Made by a program: the position numbers and the translations under genes. This document shows positions 59,835 to 64,000 of a stretch of DNA of 64,000 nt, piece after piece. Numbering within the stretch: the stretch's first letter is position 1; every line of letters starts with the position of its first letter. The DNA comes from Eledone cirrhosa (lineage: Eukaryota). Under the pieces are notes generated by a model. It was not told where the DNA came from. It ran no database searches and saw nothing but the letters and a program-made list of their open reading frames with translations. The stretch spans positions 30,318,001 to 30,382,000 of the forward strand of contig OZ024756.1 in assembly GCA_964016885.1 (NCBI GenBank), read 5' to 3'.

Positions 59835-59990
59835 GAGAAGAAGAAGAAGAAGAAGAAGAAGAAGAAGAAGAAGAAGAAGAAGAAGAAGAAGAAGAAGAAG
59901 AAGAAGAAGAAGAAGAAGAAGAAGAAGAAGAAGAAGAAGAAGAAGAACGACAACAACAACAACAACAACAATAGCAACAACAGCAACAAT
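59835..59990. repeat. (GAA)n followed by (CAA)n microsatellite
   Basis: Seen directly. Confidence 0.95.
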
Positions 59991-59994
59991 AAGA

Positions 59995-60352
59995 GTGTCG
60001 GACGAAATGCCTTGCAGTACTTTTTCCGCATCCTAGCGTGCGTTCTGAGTTTAAATTTCTCCGAAGTCAGCTTCATCTTTCATCCTTCCTGGGTCGATAA
60101 ATAAAGTTCCGGTCTCGAGTAGTGGAGAGGCGGCGTGTTCGGACGTCGGATGAGATGCCTTGCAAAAGATATTCCAACCGCTTGCGTTCTAAGTTCAAAT
60201 ATCCACAATGTCAGCTTTAACATTAACCATTCCTTGGCCGATAAAGAAAGTACCAGCCTAGAGAGATGTAGGGGCAGAAATGGTTTCAGTGCCGTCGAAT
60301 AGGAAGCCTTCCGTTATTTGTCACGATTCTTTTCCTTCTGAGTTCAAATCCT
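59995..60352 (+). mobile_element. Three degenerate SINE family 1-like heads in tandem
   Basis: gtcggacgaaatgccttgc...ttctgagttYaaat repeated three times. Confidence 0.6.
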
Positions 60353-60402
60353 CACATGCTCATTTTGTGTTTTTCCGATATTTAGATGACAAGGTTTCTA
60401 CC

Positions 60403-60870
60403 CCTATTACATTGTTACAGCTCACATCTAAGTAGGTTCAGCTGGTCTCCTACGAGGTTACAACAATAGGGTTTATCCGTTGTTTTAATAACATGGACAC
60501 GAGCACTATCACGCCGTTACAGCTTGCAAATATATAGGTTTAGCTGGTCCCCTACGAGCTTATATATCATAGGATTATCAGGTGTTTTAATGTCAAAGAC
60601 ACTGGCTTTATTATGCCGTTAAGTTCACAACTATCTAGAGTTAGGTGATCTACTATGATGTTAGATTTAATAGGTTTTTTCCCTTGTTTTAATGACATGG
60701 ACACTAGTCTATCATGTCATTACATCTCACAATTATATAGGTTTAACTGGCCTCCGACGAGGTTTATATATTATAGGTTTTCTAGGTGTTTTAATGTCAT
60801 AGACACTAACCCTATCATGTCGTTACAGTTCACCTATTTAAGTTTAGCTGGTCTACTACAAGGTTTCTCA
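60403..60870. repeat. Diverged ~102-bp tandem repeat, ~4.5 units
   Basis: ctatcatg.cgttaca...aggtttagctggtc...tgttttaatg.cat.gacac at ~60403, 60506, 60608, 60709 and 60812. Confidence 0.75.
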
Positions 60871-61195
60871 TAGTAACACTCTCGAATATTTGAATGTCGA
60901 GGGCAGAAGATAAACTAACGTGCGTTATCAAAAACCGGAAAGTATTCCAAATTGTACGATGTTCTCTCGAATTTTCGCAACCCAAACCCATTATTGACAG
61001 GGAAAATAATCATAGTAAGGAATATATATATATATATATTGTTCTTTTTGGGGAGGGTCATATTGTTGTATTATTGCCAGAAATAATAATAAAAAAGACT
61101 CAGTTTGGTTTGGATTGCTTTTCGCTTTTGTATATTTTATAACCCTATAGTTAATTTAGCTGGCAATCAATGTTTATCATTGATTGACCAATTGT

Positions 61196-61350
<155 letters not shown>

Positions 61351-62031
61351 CTACATTGCGGAACGTAGAAATAGCCAAGGGAAATAAAAATAAATATTAC
61401 TTATATATAATTTATATGATTATTGGAGTCGATATGATCGACTTGATTCAGACAAAGCCGTGCTTCAGCCTGGCCGTATTCTCAAGGTTGAAGCAAATAA
61501 AAACCTAAAAGAATATATATCTATATAACCTCACATTCATTCCGTACCGATATGAAACAGAAAAAGATAAACAATGAATAAATAAGATAAATAGCTCCGA
61601 TTAACGTGAAAGAACGGGATTATATAGAAAAATAATATCAACAGGCAGCGAGGAGAACAACAACAATAACAATAACAGCAAAAACTGCAACGATGACGAC
61701 GACACCAACATCAAGAAAAACAGCAGGCATCTAGAAAAAATCATCAGCAACAACGAAAAGAAAAACAACGAAGACAACATCATCATCATCAACCTTAACA
61801 AAAGTGATGACAACAAGAACAGCATCGTCACCACCACCACCACCCTCGCCCCCTCACTACCACCATCTACAGAGGTATCGACAACAACAATAACAACAGC
61901 AACAACAGCGATAGAAAGAAGAGTATGTAGAAGAAAAGAAGAGGAGGATGTAGAAGAAGAAGGAGAAGAAGAAGAGGATGTAGAAGATGAAGAAGAATTA
62001 GTAGTATTACTAGAAGTAATAGTAGTAGTAA

Positions 62032-62088
<57 letters not shown>

Positions 62089-62238
62089 AACAACAAAACA
62101 GCAATAACTGCAACGAAACAACAACAACAACTACTACTACCACAACGAAAACAGCAATAACAATCACAACTACAACAACAGCAACAGAAAGTAGAAGGGG
62201 ATGTAGAAGAATAAGAATAAGAAGAAAAGAAGAAGAAA

Positions 62239-62277
<39 letters not shown>

Positions 62278-62616
62278 AACAGCAATAACAACAACAAAAC
62301 AGTAACAACTGCAACGAAAACATCAACAACAACTACCACAACGAAAACACCAATAACAATCACAACAACAATAAAGCACAACGGAAACATCAACAACTAC
62401 CACAACAACTACCACAACGGAAACAACAACAATTACCACACCAACTACCACAACGGAAACAACAACAACTACCACAACAGAAATAACAACAACTACCACA
62501 ACAACTACCACAACAGAAACAATAACAACTACCACAACGGAAACAACAACAACTACCACAACAAAAAGAGCAATAACAATCACAGCAACAACAATAAAGC
62601 GACAACAACTAAAACG

Positions 62617-63150
62617 AAAACAACAATAACAGCAACAGTAAAGCAAAAACAAGGAAAACAACAATAACAGCAACAGTAAAGCAAAAACAAGGAAAACAAC
62701 AATAACAGCAACGGTAAAACAAAAACAAGGAAAACAACAATAACAGCAACAGTAAAGCAAAAATAAGGAAAACAACAATAACAGCAACAGTAAAGCAAAA
62801 ACAAGGAATACAACAATAACAGCAACAGTAAAGCAAAAACAAGGAAAGCAACAATAACAGCAACAGTAAAGCAAAAACAAGGAAAACAACAATAACAGCA
62901 ACAGTAAAGCAAAAATAAGGAAAACAACAATAACAGCAACAGTAAAGCAAAAACAAGGAAAACAACAATAACAGCAACAGTAAAGCAAAAACAAGGAAAA
63001 CAACAATAACAGCAGCAGTAAAGCAAAAACAAGGAAAACAACAATAACAGCAACAGTAAAGCAAAAACAAGGAAAACAACAATAACAGCAACAGTAAAGC
63101 AAAAACAAGGAAAACAACAATAAAAGAACAGTAAAGCAAAAACAACAAAA
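62617..63150. repeat. 38-bp minisatellite, ~14 units
   Basis: aaacaacaataacagcaacagtaaagcaaaaacaagga repeated. Confidence 0.9.
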
Positions 63151-63553
63151 AGGATAACAACAACAGCAACAGCAAAGCAAAAACAACAACAAGAATCACA
63201 ACTCTAACAACAACAGTAAAGAATACAACATAATTTCAATAGGAATCCTAGAGTGAAAGACGAAAGAAATAACGAAAGGAAACAATAAACGATCTGCAAC
63301 AATAAATAAATAGAAAAAACTAATAAATAAATAAATCATGTATAATACTGTCTACTTTTACTTTCGGTTACGGAGCCACCATTTTTTTTTCGACTTTCTT
63401 TCTCTGTCATCCAATCTCTCTGTCTCTCTATTCACCACATATGCCCTCACTCTTATACATGCACGCAAACGCATATAGTCATATAGACACATATATACAC
63501 ATATATACTGTATATACTTCTATCTATCGCTTTGTCTTCACTTGTCTATACGG

Positions 63554-63653
<100 letters not shown>

Positions 63654-63674
63654 CTCTCTATCTATCTATATATC

Positions 63675-63735
<61 letters not shown>

Positions 63736-63739
<4 letters not shown>

Positions 63740-63821
63740 ATAAATTTGAAGACTAAAACCCAAAGAGGGCTCGATAAGGATAAATATATATAAAATATAT
63801 AAGAACCGTAGATAAATATAT

Positions 63822-63859
<38 letters not shown>

Positions 63860-63902
63860 TTATCTACGGTTCTTATATATTTGATATATATTTATCCTTA
63901 TA
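63736..63902 (-). mobile_element. Family C tail with inverted duplication around a (TA)n centre
   Basis: taaggataaatatatat...taagaaccgtagataaata (TA)n tatttatctacggttcttata...tttatcctta. Confidence 0.75.
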
Positions 63903-64000
63903 TATCTTTTTATATCCTTATATATATTTATCCTTATATATATGTGTGTGTGTTTCTCTCTAGTTATGTTTGTCTGTCTCTCTTTCTCTCTGTTCTTCTC

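Noticed and set aside
62323-63199. Cys-rich membrane-protein-like ORFs
   Set aside because: Arise from a 38-bp (non-triplet) minisatellite read in cycling frames.

Overview
AT-rich, microsatellite-saturated eukaryotic (animal) DNA, most likely intronic or intergenic. The (TA)n/(CA)n/(GA)n density, the tRNA-derived SINE families and the TTAGGG repeats fit an octopus or other coleoid cephalopod; this is inference from repeat style. No host protein-coding exon could be identified, and almost all listed ORFs are translations of simple repeats. The recognisable content is mobile DNA: two SINE families (about 25 copies), decayed R4/Dong, CRE and Tx1-like non-LTR retrotransposon fragments, a hAT MITE, a probable non-autonomous Helitron and many minisatellites. 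The main unexplained signal is at least six unrelated short non-coding elements embedded in (TA)n tracts, each carrying a type-I hammerhead ribozyme fold (Penelope-like/retrozyme style), most with inverted ends. In one element the inverted arm starts exactly at the predicted cleavage site. One family occurs as circular permutations of a ~484-nt monomer. One copy encloses a doubly inverted (TTAGGG)n array. A 21-bp minisatellite also reads as ~69 YSTNSPA heptads resembling the Pol II CTD. All folds and alignments were done by eye, and element boundaries are approximate.
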